From contig NC_043004.1 in NCBI RefSeq assembly GCF_006345805.1, positions 18,600,001 through 18,664,000 of the forward strand: a stretch of 64,000 nucleotides of DNA, in the 5' to 3' direction. This DNA comes from Octopus sinensis. Its lineage: Eukaryota. Shown here in pieces: positions 26,240-39,330 of the stretch (positions within the stretch are counted from its first letter, which is position 1; every line of letters starts with the position of its first letter). Both the position numbers and the translations under genes were made by a program. Below the pieces are notes generated by a model. The model was given only the letters and a program-made list of their open reading frames with translations, was not told where the DNA came from and did not search any database.

Positions 26240-29230
26240 TTTGGATTTTTGAACTTTGCATTCTGCAGAGTTATGGACCTAAAGTTGTCAAAACAATCCC
26301 CCTTGTTTGGGTATTTTCTCAGCAACGCCACCGCTCCTCAGCTCACAAAACTAGGAATTCTCCCATTCTGTTGCCAGTTGCAGTAAACGTTTGCTAAGAG
26401 GTCACCGAAGAAGTCTGGCATGTAAGCGTAAAGCTCGTAGGGCAGACCATTCAAAGTAGGCGATTTACCCCTCGTGCAGCTAGCCATTGCTTCCCGTATT
26501 TCAAAGGCTGTTATCGGCCTTTCGCAGCGCTCCGCCTCTGTTGCCGAGAGCCGCGGCAACCTTTCAAGATAGGACGTGAAATCCATCCTGCGACCCGGCT
26601 CATCTCTGCTCACGAACAGTTGAGCGAATTGCCGCTGAAAGGCCTCACACGTCTTCCCCGGATCAGTTATCATTTGCCCTTTGTGGTTCGGCAAGGATCG
26701 GATCGTGTATTTATTGCCACGCCGTGCCTGTCACTCGGGCCCATTGAACGGCTTTCGTTCCTTCGTGTCTAAGTGCTCGCGTCTCCGCTCTGACAACGCA
26801 ACATTTGTGTTACGCGTTGAAGAATTGGTCAAGTGCCAATCTCGCTGCGAGCACGTCGGTCGCTATGCCTTTTCTAAGAGCCTTGTCTAACTTCTTAACT
26901 ATCTCTGTCTCTACTCTGTTTCGTTCTACCGCTCGTCCTTTGCTAAACCTTATCGATTCTATTGTAATCGCCCTTTTAAGGGCGAACCACCATTTGTTGT
27001 TGATTATTGCCCCCGTCAACTAGTTCACTAATCCGACTTCTGAAATCTTTACGCGCCAGTAACGACGTGTTTTAGTTTCCAGTAACCGGGTCCGTGTCTG
27101 AAGCCTATGTAAGTCGACTGTACAGATCACGAATGCGTAGTCTGTATAGTCGACTACTTAAAACTGGGCAACTTATGCTATCCTTATCTGATACTCTACA
27201 AAATACCCTATCTAGATACGTTCTGGATGACCTAATGCGGTTTGCCCAGGACCACAGTGGCACATCCGGAAAATCCAGTCGAAACCTACCAGATAGTTGG
27301 AATCGTCTGAGCAGGTTTGCGAGGCTTTTGCCCCCTCCACTCCTATCTGCTAAACCTACACATTCCCACTTTTCATCTAAAACTCCATTCCAATCCCCCT
27401 AAAGAGCGCTACGTTCCTAGGAAAGCTTCCAGGCGTTTGAAGAAATCTGGACGTCCTACCCTTGTCGGGGCATAGACGGCAACTAGCCTAAAAGTATGTT
27501 CTTCGCTGTCTGTCACGGCCAGAACCACCGGGTTTCCTTCCGGATCCGGTAAGATCGTCCGTATTGCAAGATCCAGATTTTTCTGAATCAGCACGGCTAC
27601 TCTGCCTCCTGCTCCCGGACGACTTGGAGATATGTACACCTCATAGTCACCGAAAATAGGTCGGAAGTCCCGTGAGTCGAAAATTCTGGTTTCGCTAATG
27701 GCCACCACGTCGACATTCAGTTCCCTGAGGTCGTTCAGCAGGTGACTCCGCTTCGAAGGTGACCCCAGGCCACGTACATTCACACTTGCGATTTTGTACA
27801 CGACCATGTTGTCGGAAAAAGAGAAGACAGGGAGGTGTGGATTGCTCGTCTCTCCCCTTGGCTTGGGGTGTTTCCAACAGCAAATCACCAAGAATTCTCT
27901 TGGTGTTCTTCTGGCGAAAATCTCCGATTTCCTGTGGGAAATGGGATTTTAAGTGTGGGTATATTTTTGTGTTGTTTGAATGATTTGTATGTGTGTAGGT
28001 AGGGAGAATGTGAGCGTGACAAAACCTTTTGGTGTAATGTTTGTGCGCGCTATTATATATTTCGTTAATTCATCGTTGTTTGAATTTCTTGCCATGTAGT
28101 TCGTAATGTTGCTGTCTTTATTTTATGTTTGTTGTTGTTGTTGTTGTGGTGGTGGTGGTGGTTGTGATTGTTGTTGTTGCGTGTGTTGAATAGCTTGTGT
28201 TTCAGGTAATGGAGGTGGTGGTGCCGATGCATTGTTTGTTTTTGTTGTTTTGATTTTTTTCCTTTCCACTTTTTGAGTGGATGAGGATTGTTGTTGTTGT
28301 TTATTCTCCATATGTATATTTCTCCTTCTGTCTCTTTTAGGTTTTTTTGTTTTCAACTGCCAGTCTTTATCGCGGACCGTCTCTCCAGCTGTGATGTACA
28401 CCCTCTTTGCATCCGGAACTAGAACATCTTCGGGCGCTGAGAGTGTTTGGGTGAACTCGGTGTCGCTATGGTTGTTGGTGTTGGTGGTGCTATGGCTGAA
28501 TCTGCTGATGGTGATGCTGCTGCTGCTGTCACTGGAGTTCTGGTGGCCGTTGTTGGTGTAGAGAGGGAAGCCCGTCTCTATTTTTCGCTTAGCTTGGAGC
28601 AATCGACTTTTAAATGCTTAGGTGAAAAGCAAAAGTAGCACTTTGTTTTTCTTCCAACCTTGACAGGAATTATGCTGTCTCCAGGAAGAAAGATCTGGTC
28701 TGGGATAAGATTCACATTCTTTTGTGTTGTTTGAATGAAGAGTTCTTTAGTCATCCCAGACCAGTTTTCCTTTTTGGTCTGATGGGCATTGAGGATTTTT
28801 GAGTTTTTCTCAATGTCTACCATCACTACCGCAATTAGCCAAGGAATGGCTATTTCTAGCGGCACCTGCTGGATTATAGCTTTTGCCGGTTTCTGACCGC
28901 AGTAGTAAAGAACTAGCAACAGCTTCTTGCTTTTGAGGGGAGTCAGAAATTGGTGTTTGACTTCTTCTTCGGTTTAGAATCGAACGTCCACCATTCTATA
29001 GACCTTTCCTTTCTGTATATATTCCTTTAGATTCCAGGCGGAACCTAAAGCTTGTTGTATTAGAGCCTTTTTTTGGCTCTTTCCATCCTCCTTGACTTTA
29101 ATCCAATTGTACGGTACGTCACTGTGTGACATATCGTAGCTTGGATTGTCTCAGGTGGGGTATTCAACTTTACAGCTTGTCCATCTTTCTCGATTAGTTG
29201 TCTAACATATTTCAGTTCTTCAGTTCTTCA
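26240..29230 (-). mobile_element. Tx1/L1-clade LINE relic: ORF1 (CCHC), APE endonuclease and start of RT, 3'-truncated
   Basis: ORF1 ...CYFCFSPKHLKVDC (~28600); ORF2 ATG at 27807, MVVYKIASVNVRGLGSPSKR...DVVAISETR, RLVAVYAP, GPGYWKL, GKSPTLNGLPYELY, NFRSITLQNAKFK; stops and frameshifts present. Confidence 0.9.
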
Positions 29231-29289
29231 GTGTTTGCTGGAGAGATGATTTAGTTACTCCAGCGAAAGAACACTTTGAAAGGTTGTTA

Positions 29290-29819
29290 CAAGCCGTCGT
29301 AGCGGTTTGCTTCTTAACTCTTTCATTGTCTTTGTCATTGCTGTAGTTGCTTTTGTTATTGCCGTTGTTGGCTTTGTTGTTGCCTTTGTCACCTTTGTTA
29401 TTGTTGGTGTTGTGGTGGTTGACGGTGCTGCTGATATTGTTGTTGCTGTTGCTGTTGCTGTTGAGCGAACGGTCTTCGTCCCAGAGTTCGCAAGATGGGA
29501 GAAGTCCGAAACGTGGTCCTTTGCTATTCGTAAGACCCGCAGAAGAGAAAGCAGGTCAACTCTCAACACCGAGAGCATCGACGGATGGATGAATGTGCAT
29601 CCAGGCTCAGCGGTTGCGTAGGAAGTCGGGGACAAGAAGCAGGAAGAAAGAGTGAGAGAAAGTTGGGGTGAAAGAGTACAACAGGGGTCGCCCCCCCCCC
29701 TGCGGAAGCCTCGTGGAGCTTTAGGTGTTTTCTTGCAATAAACACACACAACGCCCGATCTGGGAATCGAAACCGCGATCCTCCGACCGCGAGTCCACTG
29801 CCCTAACCATTGCGCCTCC
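29290..29819 (-). mobile_element. tRNA-derived SINE with LINE-like tail, copy 2, with expanded CAA/CAG tail
   Basis: Near-identical to 5258-5643; long degenerate trinucleotide/hexanucleotide tail at 29290-29460. Confidence 0.85.
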
Positions 29820-30404
29820 TGTTGTTGCTGTTCCTGCTGTTACTGTGATTTGCAGCCAACTCATCCGCTGTCTCGCACACGGAAAGGCCTTCACCGCGTA
29901 CACTCTCGAAGCTAATGTTTTCCCCCCGAATAATATTGCTAAAGACTGAACATTTGCTTTTCAAAAGATCTGAGTGATCTTCATTGAAACCATTGGCTCC
30001 GTTGTCTCTCTCGTTCGTTTCCTTGAGAAAAACACAATTACATCGTCTGTGTTTTCTTTCAGACCGAAGTCGCCTCGCACGCTTGCAACTTCTCTCATTG
30101 GCGCTTGGTGACGCTCCTCACTTTCTCCCCCTTTTTCACATATGAGCGTCACCGTGTTTTCTGTTTACTCCATGTTGGTGGAGAAAACGCACACAATTTT
30201 GAGTTAAGGAAATAAAAACAACTGACCTGCCCCCACCCCCCCAAAAAGCTGGCAGACAAAATAGGAAATAAACTCACCACTCAGCAGCAAATAACTTTTT
30301 GTCCATGATGTTATAAACTTAAAGGGTGCAAATACACTATTATGTGATTTTTCTTCATAAAATTCACGGAGCGAGGTCATGCTTGGCTTGCCAGGCTGAC
30401 GGCA

Positions 30405-30428
30405 ATAATAATGATAATAATAATAATA

Positions 30429-30483
<55 letters not shown>

Positions 30484-30625
30484 GATGATGATGATGATGT
30501 GATGATGATGATGATGATGATGATGATAATAATAATAATAATAATGATAATAATAATAATAATAATAATAAAAGTAATAGTATAGTGACAACATAATAAT
30601 ATAATATAATGATAATAATATAATG
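30405..30625. repeat. (TAA)n/(TGA)n trinucleotide microsatellite
   Basis: Directly visible; source of the poly-I/H/S/Y ORFs. Confidence 0.95.
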
Positions 30626-30757
30626 ATGAAATTAATAAGCCTGTAAATACAGTTAAATCAGATAACATGATTACGATCAAAAACATAACGACCAAATTAC
30701 TTTAGGTCCTACACCATCTCATGGGAATGAACTTACAAATGAAAAAAGACTACTTTG

Positions 30758-31400
30758 GGTAGGAATATTTTGTGGTTCAGCTCCACCCCATAACTTCTTC
30801 CTAAATGCTGTTCGAAATTTTTTTAAAGCTTTAGATAAAAACTTCTCTAAATCTAGCCCATATCATAAAACCTTTAATAGACAAACGGTTAAACTGCCAT
30901 ACTTTAACATGCGTAATATTACTGAATACATATAAGATTTAACCGCAGTGAATTCAACAGTGCAAATTTTAATACTACAACCACTGACCATCTAATATTA
31001 CCACTCCCAGCCAACTGATTCCAAGAATAGTGCTATTAAGGATATTCGATCCGAACCCGTCATACCTACCAATAACCCGACTAAATTTGTTTTATATGAC
31101 TGTCGTAATAAATCCATGTGTCCTATTAGTAACCAGTGCCTTAAGAAAAATATAATGTGGAGGTGCTTTATCACTGTTTATATTGGCGCGTCCTGTTCTT
31201 CATTTAAACTTCGCTGGAATAATCACAAATCTATATTTATACATAAAAATAAGGCTAATAGTACATAGGTAGCTTAATTTGTTTATTCTATCACTGATAA
31301 TAGCATTGAATATAAATTTCTTGGTCTATTGTATGTAATGCACAAGGGTGGTCTTGACTGTATATCTGAGGTGAATAATATTTTTAATCAACTTGCTGAA
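30758..31400 (+). mobile_element. Penelope-like element C-terminal/GIY-YIG endonuclease relic
   Basis: GRNILWF...FFKALDKNFS...HKTFNRQTVKL and CRNKSMCPISNQCLKKNI...YIGAS..SFKLRWNNHKS match the PLE pattern RNIIWFNPP...NRNTVKVSYSC / CPL.G.CL...YIG...FK.R..NH. Confidence 0.75.
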
Positions 31401-31554
31401 TTACCTTACACTTAGTTATTATATCAATATTAATAAACTTCATGACTTACATCAATGCAATTTCATAATTCCCAAACTTAAGCTTTATTGTAATTTAGTT
31501 TCATCTTAATAATAGATAATGTATGAGACCATATTCAAACATTCCACTATTTGT

Positions 31555-33050
31555 AGTCGAGAGAGGCAATCGTCAACAATCGGTGGTGGACCGCCCTGAA
31601 GTGGGCGATTAGAGTAGAACCGACAGCGTTTAGTAAAGAGTTAGTAATAGAAAGAAATAGATTAGAGGGGAAACTAGTTAGCAAACTAGAAGAAGCGATT
31701 AGTAAAGGCATCGCGACCGACGTACTATGAGCAAGAATAGCTCTTGATCCTTTCTTTGAAGCGTAATACAAAGGCTGTGTTGTCAGACATAAGGCCCTTG
31801 TGCTCAAACACCACGGAAGTAAAGCCGTCCGATGGGCCTGAACGGTGGAAACGTGACGTGAGAACAAAACCACAATCACGTCTTTGACGGATCGGGACGG
31901 CCTCGTGCCACTCGGTTCCGAACAAGTGTGTGCGGCTTTCCAGCAGCACTTCGTGCAGCTGTTCAGGAAGGATGATGAGTTGATGAAGGTAGAGGACTTT
32001 ATCCTGTATCTGGACGGCCTGCTGCAGCTCTCTGCGGCGGACGCGAGGTTCTGCGAAAAGCCGACAACAACCGCTGAGATTGGAGTTGCGATGAGCATTT
32101 GCGCAAGTTATGAATCGCTCATTTTGTAGGTCTGCCCTGTGGATTCTTTATGTTCATGCCAACTTTTTTTGGTGGCCTCTTCTAGACGTCTACCGTAATT
32201 GTCAGCACAACATCAGAATTCCCGGTGCCGTTAGCCGGGTAGTGATAATTTTGCTAAGGAATGACGCCGGCAAAGGGAACGTGCTAAGGAATGTTTGGCC
32301 CTTAACTCTGCTCAACATAAAGTTTAAGATTTTGGCCAAGATGTTAACGAAAAGGTTGGCTCTTGTCGGTAGTCTGGTCGAGGAAGCGCGGATGTGCTGC
32401 ACAGCCCCGACAATCTCTTATTCACGACAACCTCCACCTTAGACAGGGCTGGGACTAAAGTTGGCAACGGTGGAACTTTGATCAATTTGGATCAATTCAA
32501 AGAATTCGATAGAGGCCATTCTGAAAGTGGTCGCTTTCTGCTTGTTTTTACAATCTGGGTCGATGCGATGCACAACAGCACCTGCTCGGCGGTCAAATAA
32601 ACGGTTATAATCAGACTGAGACTCGGTGCTTGACTCCTAGAATGTCGTTAGGCGCTCACAGTCCTCAACAAGTCGGGGAATGGGATCAGTGTATCTTCTG
32701 CTTTAGCAATATATAGAGGATTAGAGGCGGGGAAGTGAGACGACGTTCTCAGGAAGACTCTAGGGGGTCGATATAAACCAACTGGCTAATCTGTTCCGGA
32801 GGACTTTCCGATTGGAGACTGTCATGATGTCATTTACCTGGCAGTGTTACTGAGGGACGCTACAGTTCGAGTAAATTCTACAGGCACGAATGTGTTGTCA
32901 GACGGGCTTGTCCGAGGTGGGCATAGAGCGATATAAATACTTGGCACGCACTTGTACTATGTCCAGACATTGCTGACTTGTAGAGTTATATCGAACAGCT
33001 ACTGTCGCGTGTGCGACGGATCTTTGACTAAGTATTTTTCGCAGGAGATT
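31555..33050 (+). mobile_element. Tx1/L1-clade ORF2 fragment, same family as 26-29 kb
   Basis: IERNRLE...KGIATDVL, AFQQHFVQLF, RIPGAVSR..I.LLR.D..KG, WPLTLLNIKFKILAKMLTKRL, LINLDQFKEFDR; homologous to 26340-27020. Confidence 0.85.
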
Positions 33051-33429
33051 TAAATCTTGTGTTCCCCAACTTGTCCTGTTTCCAGGTTTCTATTCTACCT
33101 AGTTTTAAAGTCTTATCTGCTCCAAGCTTATTCTTTTCTTGGGGAATACATAGTTTGCTAGTAACTACTATTCCTCTTGCATAAATCAATAAGTTAGTGT
33201 TACGTATATATTTAGTAATTACCGAAGTTAAAACAGAATCTACTTAGCAATAGCTAGCAAACAGCTTTTGACGCTGGTGATTTTTTCTTTCTTCTTTACT
33301 CATTACAACTCATCAAAATCTTCTGATCTTCCTCACTTTAGTCGCTGGAGTCAAGTTTCTTCTCCTGATTGATAGTGTTATTATTTTTTCCTATTGGTTC
33401 TTCTTTGGCTTCAACTGTAACGTTTATGT

Positions 33430-33665
33430 TGTTTGTTCTACTTCTTGGCATTTTTTTTTCAGTTCTCTTGTGATCTTTCTTACCTCCAATTCCGTCATTC
33501 ACCTTCTTCTCTTAATAGCATTAGCTTGGTCCGCTAGTTTCTGCTTTGTTATTTCAAACATATTTTTCCTTACCCAAAGTGCTAACATACGTTTTCTGTA
33601 TCCCCTTATTTTGAGTTCACTTTCCAAGCAGCACTGCATCACTACCCTGTTCTCTTCGCTTGTCT
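33430..33665 (-). mobile_element. R4/Dong-clade non-LTR N-terminal domain fragment
   Basis: SEENRVVMQCCLESELKIRGYRKRMLALW...ITKQKLADQANAIKRRR*MTELE matches the GYRKRM..W....TEQRLADQ...I motif of R4/Dong-like elements. Confidence 0.65.
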
Positions 33666-33877
33666 ATTCTCTTCGCACACTATTATATAATGATACTGTC
33701 TTAGAATATCAACTGAGGGCAGTCTGCCCTGTACTGAATCACAGCCGAGTGAAGTGTCTAACCTCATTTACGCTCTTATCACCAACGTTTCTGTCTCCTA
33801 TAAACTGAGGCAAAGTACTGTTTGTGCGTGTTTTTATCTTGGCAGCCTCACCGTGCATCTCATGCTGATTTTTCCTT

Positions 33878-33906
33878 TACTATCATCATCCTCATCGTCG
33901 TCGTCG

Positions 33907-33958
<52 letters not shown>

Positions 33959-33959
33959 T

Positions 33960-34007
<48 letters not shown>

Positions 34008-34038
34008 GTCGTCGTCGTCATCGTCGTCGTCGTCGTCG

Positions 34039-34083
<45 letters not shown>

Positions 34084-34095
34084 CCACTATTATTA
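33878..34095. repeat. (CAT)n/(CGT)n trinucleotide microsatellite
   Basis: Directly visible; source of the poly-S/I/D/M ORFs. Confidence 0.95.
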
Positions 34096-34397
34096 TTCAA
34101 CATCTGATAGTTTCAGGTAAATTTTTACTGAATCACTTGCTACAACTTCGTGTTGCTGTGATGTGTGCAGAATTTTTTGGGCGGGGAAAATACAAATTCT
34201 AACCGGCATTGTATTGCATGAATATATTTTGTTTTGGAGTTTGGTTTAAGTATTTTGTTGTATTATTGTTTGTATTGTGTATTGGGTATGTAATATGAGT
34301 TGTGTTCTGTTTCGCATCGACCTGTAGAGTACATGTTGCGTGGGGTTGTAAATGTTATTGGATATTTACTGTATATTTACTGCCCGTCTCTAGCCCC

Positions 34398-34445
<48 letters not shown>

Positions 34446-34457
34446 CATCATTATTAT

Positions 34458-34904
34458 TGAGAGACCAGTGCATGCCATCAAAGTGACACTGGGGTAAAAT
34501 ATACGAAGCCCAGTATACCCACCGCGACTATCCGTCTGATAAGGGCACACCAAACACATGCATCACAACCATATGTGCGCGACATGGTGATCTCATATCA
34601 AGATAAACAGCGCATGACCTTACAGATGGGGCCCAGTTAGAATTTTCAACTGGTCGAGTAGCTCATCCCGTTCAAAAGGTTCCTGAATAAGGATTGCTTA
34701 AGGATGTTGAACGAACCACCCATGTTTCCAAAGGTGAATTATCCAAACCTCCAAGGATTCCTTTCAACACACGGCTATGATTCTCCCCCACTAGTTCTGC
34801 TCATGATCAGAGATGCACATATCGTCAGCCACAAAGGGAAATGGTCAACTGGTTAAGGTCAAACAACTGACAAGTAAATCTGTGGTATTGAGCAGAATAT
34901 TTGC

Positions 34905-34905
<1 letters not shown>
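34458..34905. repeat. Interspersed repeat of about 450 bp embedded in (TTA)n
   Basis: Complex sequence bounded by (ATT)n tracts on both sides, as expected for a retroposed insertion into a microsatellite; family not assigned. Confidence 0.5.
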
Positions 34906-34953
<48 letters not shown>

Positions 34954-35837
34954 TTCAAGGTCATATACAACAAATTTCATTCACTACTCTTAACTACACC
35001 CTAACACCTGATTCATTTCCTTCTCGTCTTTCCCCAATTTCTGACCTCAATCTTCTACTCTTTATTCTTTTGTATGCAAATGCAACCTTCCCATTTCCTT
35101 TCAAGTCTATTCACTCGTCCACCTTCATAACGTCCCCTTCTCCACTCAGTTCACTTCATATCTTTCTCTTCTTCTTCTTTTTCTCTTCCCCTCAACGCTC
35201 TAACCATATATTTTGAAATATTTCCATCAATTCCCTCATATTGTGAAGTTTTTTTTAACGGATTAAGATTAACGTAAAGGATGCATTTCCTATTATGTAT
35301 TACGAAAAGATGAAACGCATTAAATGATTTTCAAATGTCAATTCATTTTGACCTCATTATTGCAACTTATATTTATTCGTATAGATATATATATTTTATA
35401 TGGATTCCTGTTGGGAGGAGGTAAATCTACCCATAGTCTTTGCAGAGGCTCCAAGACTTGTAAGATTAATGCCTGTGACGCTTATTTTGACCTGCTGTTA
35501 TTTCAAATGTAAGAAAAAGGGCTGTGGATGTGTCTAGAGAGTTGACGTTCTGGGAAGGAAGAAATACAAGGCATGATTCTACAACGAATCACGAGAGGGA
35601 CAGATATGACATGTTAGGTGTCGTTTGTATTGGCGGTAGAATAGATAAAATTATGAAAGAATACGTCTAAGCAATAAGTCTTGGAGTGAGTTGGCGAGGG
35701 TAATCTTGTGAATAAGCAAGATATCTTTTCATTGGTTGCAGCCTTAGTGCCTGGGGATGAAACTGCTGCTCATTGTGCAGATGTGAAAACAATATTTTAT
35801 TATAGATCTAGTACTTCATAGCAGCTGTTTAGAGATA

Positions 35838-36224
35838 ACTAGCAGTATCGCCCGGCGTTGCTCGGATTTGTAAGGGAAATAACTATAAAGCATTTTTGGA
35901 GAGTTATAGCCAAAAAATAGCAATTAAAATGGGGAAAAAAATGATGGTAAATTTTTTTGATAGTTAAAAAGGTCGAGTTGCGTCCCCTAGACCATCTGTG
36001 GTTTGTGTTTCTGATTGTCGACCCCATGTCGAATTTATCGATCTTTTTCAGAACTGGGGGAACTTTTCAAAATTTTCGCTGCGTTAGTTTTGAATTATGA
36101 CATTGGGCTATGTGTGTGTCAAGTTTCATCAGAATCGGTTGAAAGCCGTGGTCAGGGTGAGGGTACAACCTAACAGACACACAGAAACACACACAGACAA
36201 ACTGCCGTTTATATATAGAGAGAT
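35838..36224 (+). mobile_element. Non-autonomous Helitron/Helentron-like element (Lep1/DINE-1-like layout)
   Basis: Starts ACTAGCAGTATCGCCCGGCGTTGCTCGG; ends AAGTTTCATCAGAATCGGTT...CAGACAAAC...TTTATATATAGAGAGAT. Confidence 0.65.
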
Positions 36225-38389
36225 AATTATTTTGGTAAATTAATTATACTGAAGTTAGTTATTGTATTGTTTTAAAATTTTCCTATCGAGGGAGTGACAT
36301 AACAATTAGAGATTATTTATCATAGAAAATATTCTCTGTAGCAGAAGATATCAGCTAACTTTTAAGGTTCATTTACTGAGAAGTGAAGCAATTATTCAAA
36401 CTAGTAGCAATGGTGAATATTTCAATGATGTTTTCCGAAAAGAAAGTGTTCGGACATTTATGCGAGAATATTTAATAATAACCACATTAACGCCACCAAC
36501 CATGAAAATAACAAAAATAAGAACGAAGACAACGAGTATTAACTGAATCTACACCCATAATGATAAGTATAATTTTAGGTACTTGAAACCTTTTTTTCTT
36601 TTTGCTTATTAACCAGCACGTAACCACATATAAAAATAAGTGTTCAGAGAAAGGATGATCTACCTACTGCATTAGATCAACGTGATAGGTGACGCCTATA
36701 ATTGAAACAACTGGCTATTATTCTATCCTTTTAACAAATCTCAGGTAATGGTATCACATTTATAATTTACAATAGACTTCGACATTTAGCAATATGATAC
36801 CTTTATAACAGTTTATACAGCGCAAGTAACACAATGCCCAGAAAAAAAAATGAAGAACACTAGAAATTTAATAGTGAGTAAATTTTTTAAGGTGAGTGAG
36901 AATTTGAGACATGGTTGTATTTCTGACATGCAACCTACTGTATTTTGTTTCGTTCACTTAGGATTTGAATTAAATTCGGTCAAGATCAAATTTGCTTTTC
37001 TTAGTTTCGGGGTCAGCAGAATACAAGCTAATAATCAGCTGCATTTCGATTTAATCATCTATTTAATGCATGACCATATTAAAGAGGGTAAAGGTGCAAA
37101 GAATTGCTATAAACGATAGCGAGCTGGGCTAAATGATTATAGTATGTAATTTTCGTTACGTTATCATTACAAAGCCCACAGAAATCGAACTTTGCCTTTA
37201 TTTTAGCGAAAGTTTCCACTGTACAGCCTTCCTTCGCCAATAAATTTTACTTAACAAGTTTATATTGACTCCTATCTCTACATGAAGGAATGCATAAATC
37301 AGGATATTGTAAAATTTATGTTTTTGTAAAATGCAACATCAATATAAATAGTAAAACTACTTTCGGTCGAAGAACATAAAGGAGCTTATCTCAAGAAGTA
37401 CATACCTGGCAGATTCATACAGTTTTAATTCCTAGTTGAAACAATTTGATTTTACTTACGTAAGTAATGTACTTAGGAAGGTAATATCATTACAACACCA
37501 CAAGATCTTAAACGGTTTCCTAAAACTTAATATCTAAGCAAGTTAATCAATATTAAACAGTTGTGTGTTCTCTAAAGCAACTGAAATAACCAAACTGATC
37601 ATACGATCGTGTATGGATTTCTAGTAAAAACTACTTAATTTATTCCATTAACGAAACGTGTGAATAATATTTCACAATCCTTTCTTTTGACATTCCTCAG
37701 CAACTTTTCAAAGAAATCTATAGTGAAATCTTACATTTGAACATTTCCAATGTTTAGGAAATAACTTGAATTGATTAGGTCGACATTTTGAGGTACTTAT
37801 TTATAAACCTCGAAGGAACAAAAAGGACCCTCAACTATACAGAGATTGTAACCAAAAAAGCACAAGATGCTTGGTCGCGATGCTTGATTGTTTACAGTTA
37901 TGCTGTCCATGAAATTCTCTAAGCCCTTAACATGCAGAATTGATATGGATTTAAGTTGCATTCGAACTACGTCGTTGTGTTTACAGCGTTCCAAACAAGC
38001 CTTTTAACTTGCATGTCAGCATGTCCAGAGCTATATATATATAAACTTGCATGTCAGCATGTCCAGAGCTTTCTCATCTACTTCTCGAAATGATCAGAAT
38101 ATGTTTCCAGTCCGCGACAACATCGAGAACTCTAATGAAACTTGTTAAAAATTTTAACACATCCTCTCATGTTGCATGATAGTCCTAACATCGAGGGTGT
38201 TTTGATAGCACATTTCTGGCAAAGTTATGATCATGAGTCGATAAAATATTTTGACTATTTGCTATAAAAATATGGTACAAGAAAAGAAAATTTGGATCAT
38301 TTTTAATCATCATTATCAGAGTCCTTGGTAACGCTTTCCTCATAATCAGAGGAACCACTAGAACCCATATCTTCATTTAAAGCATTTTC

Positions 38390-39330
38390 AATATAAGCAT
38401 CTTCCATAGACTCTATGTGTTCCCATAGACTTCTCAGATTCCTGTTTGCTTTATCGGTGCATCACTGAACAGTATTTGCTTTCAGGTAATTAAAGCACCT
38501 TTCAAACGTTTAAGTACATCTTAGAATGTAGCGTCATTTGTATATTGCCTACCAACCTCTCCTTTTACAACAGCCCAGGCAGTCTCAACTGATTGCAAAT
38601 ACGAGTAATGAGGTAGTGAAAATAGTACTTCATATCCTACATCTTGAGCCATTCTTGCAGTAACAGGAATTAAATTACCTTGGGTATACGGATGCAGTTT
38701 ACTCCATAAAATAGCTTTCGTTTCGTTGCCATCAGAACCAATTCCATATTTTGTACACGCTTCTTGTAATGTTGCTTTCTTGTTCTTTCTCGGCATATTT
38801 TCGGGTAGATTTTTATGGTACTTGGTATTGTCAATCATGATAAGAGCATTGGGCATATTTCTCCCTTTCGAAGACAGCAATAACTGCTTCATCCATTTGA
38901 CAAATTATTCGTGATCAAACATACCATGATAATCTTTCGTTTGGTTCTTTTCCCTTTGAAAGATATCAAGCATATCTATCAGTAATCCAGCCGATCGTTG
39001 ATCGCTCGGAATACTATGATCGGCATCTATAATTGCAGCAATGAAACAATATCACTGTCCTTTGTGATATTCAATAGTTGTAAGATCGTGCTCGTCATTT
39101 GGATCATACGATGAATCTCGTGCCGACAATATTTCTTGTAGATGTGGCTTTCATACATATAAACAATTCTCTGACTTTTCCCTTCATTTACTTTCATCAT
39201 TCGCTTGACATAGTGGTTGTGCATGTGCGAAATGTGATCCCTCGGGCGGTAGCTTTTACTTCCTTTCTTCTTTTCTTTTAAAAATCCATTACAGAGAGAG
39301 AGATAAAATTATCAGGATATAAACTTCGCG
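38390..39330 (-). mobile_element. Sailor-like (DD~82E) ITm transposase pseudogene
   Basis: VYMYESHI, YCFIAAI, KDYHGMFDHE, IMIDNTKYH...LFSLPHYSYLQSVETAWAVVKG; 81 residues between the D of DNTKYH and the E of SVE. Confidence 0.7.

Noticed and set aside
38006-38070. 27-bp direct repeat around (TA)n as a TSD of the Sailor-like element
   Set aside because: Both copies lie on the same side of the element; a local slippage duplication is more likely.
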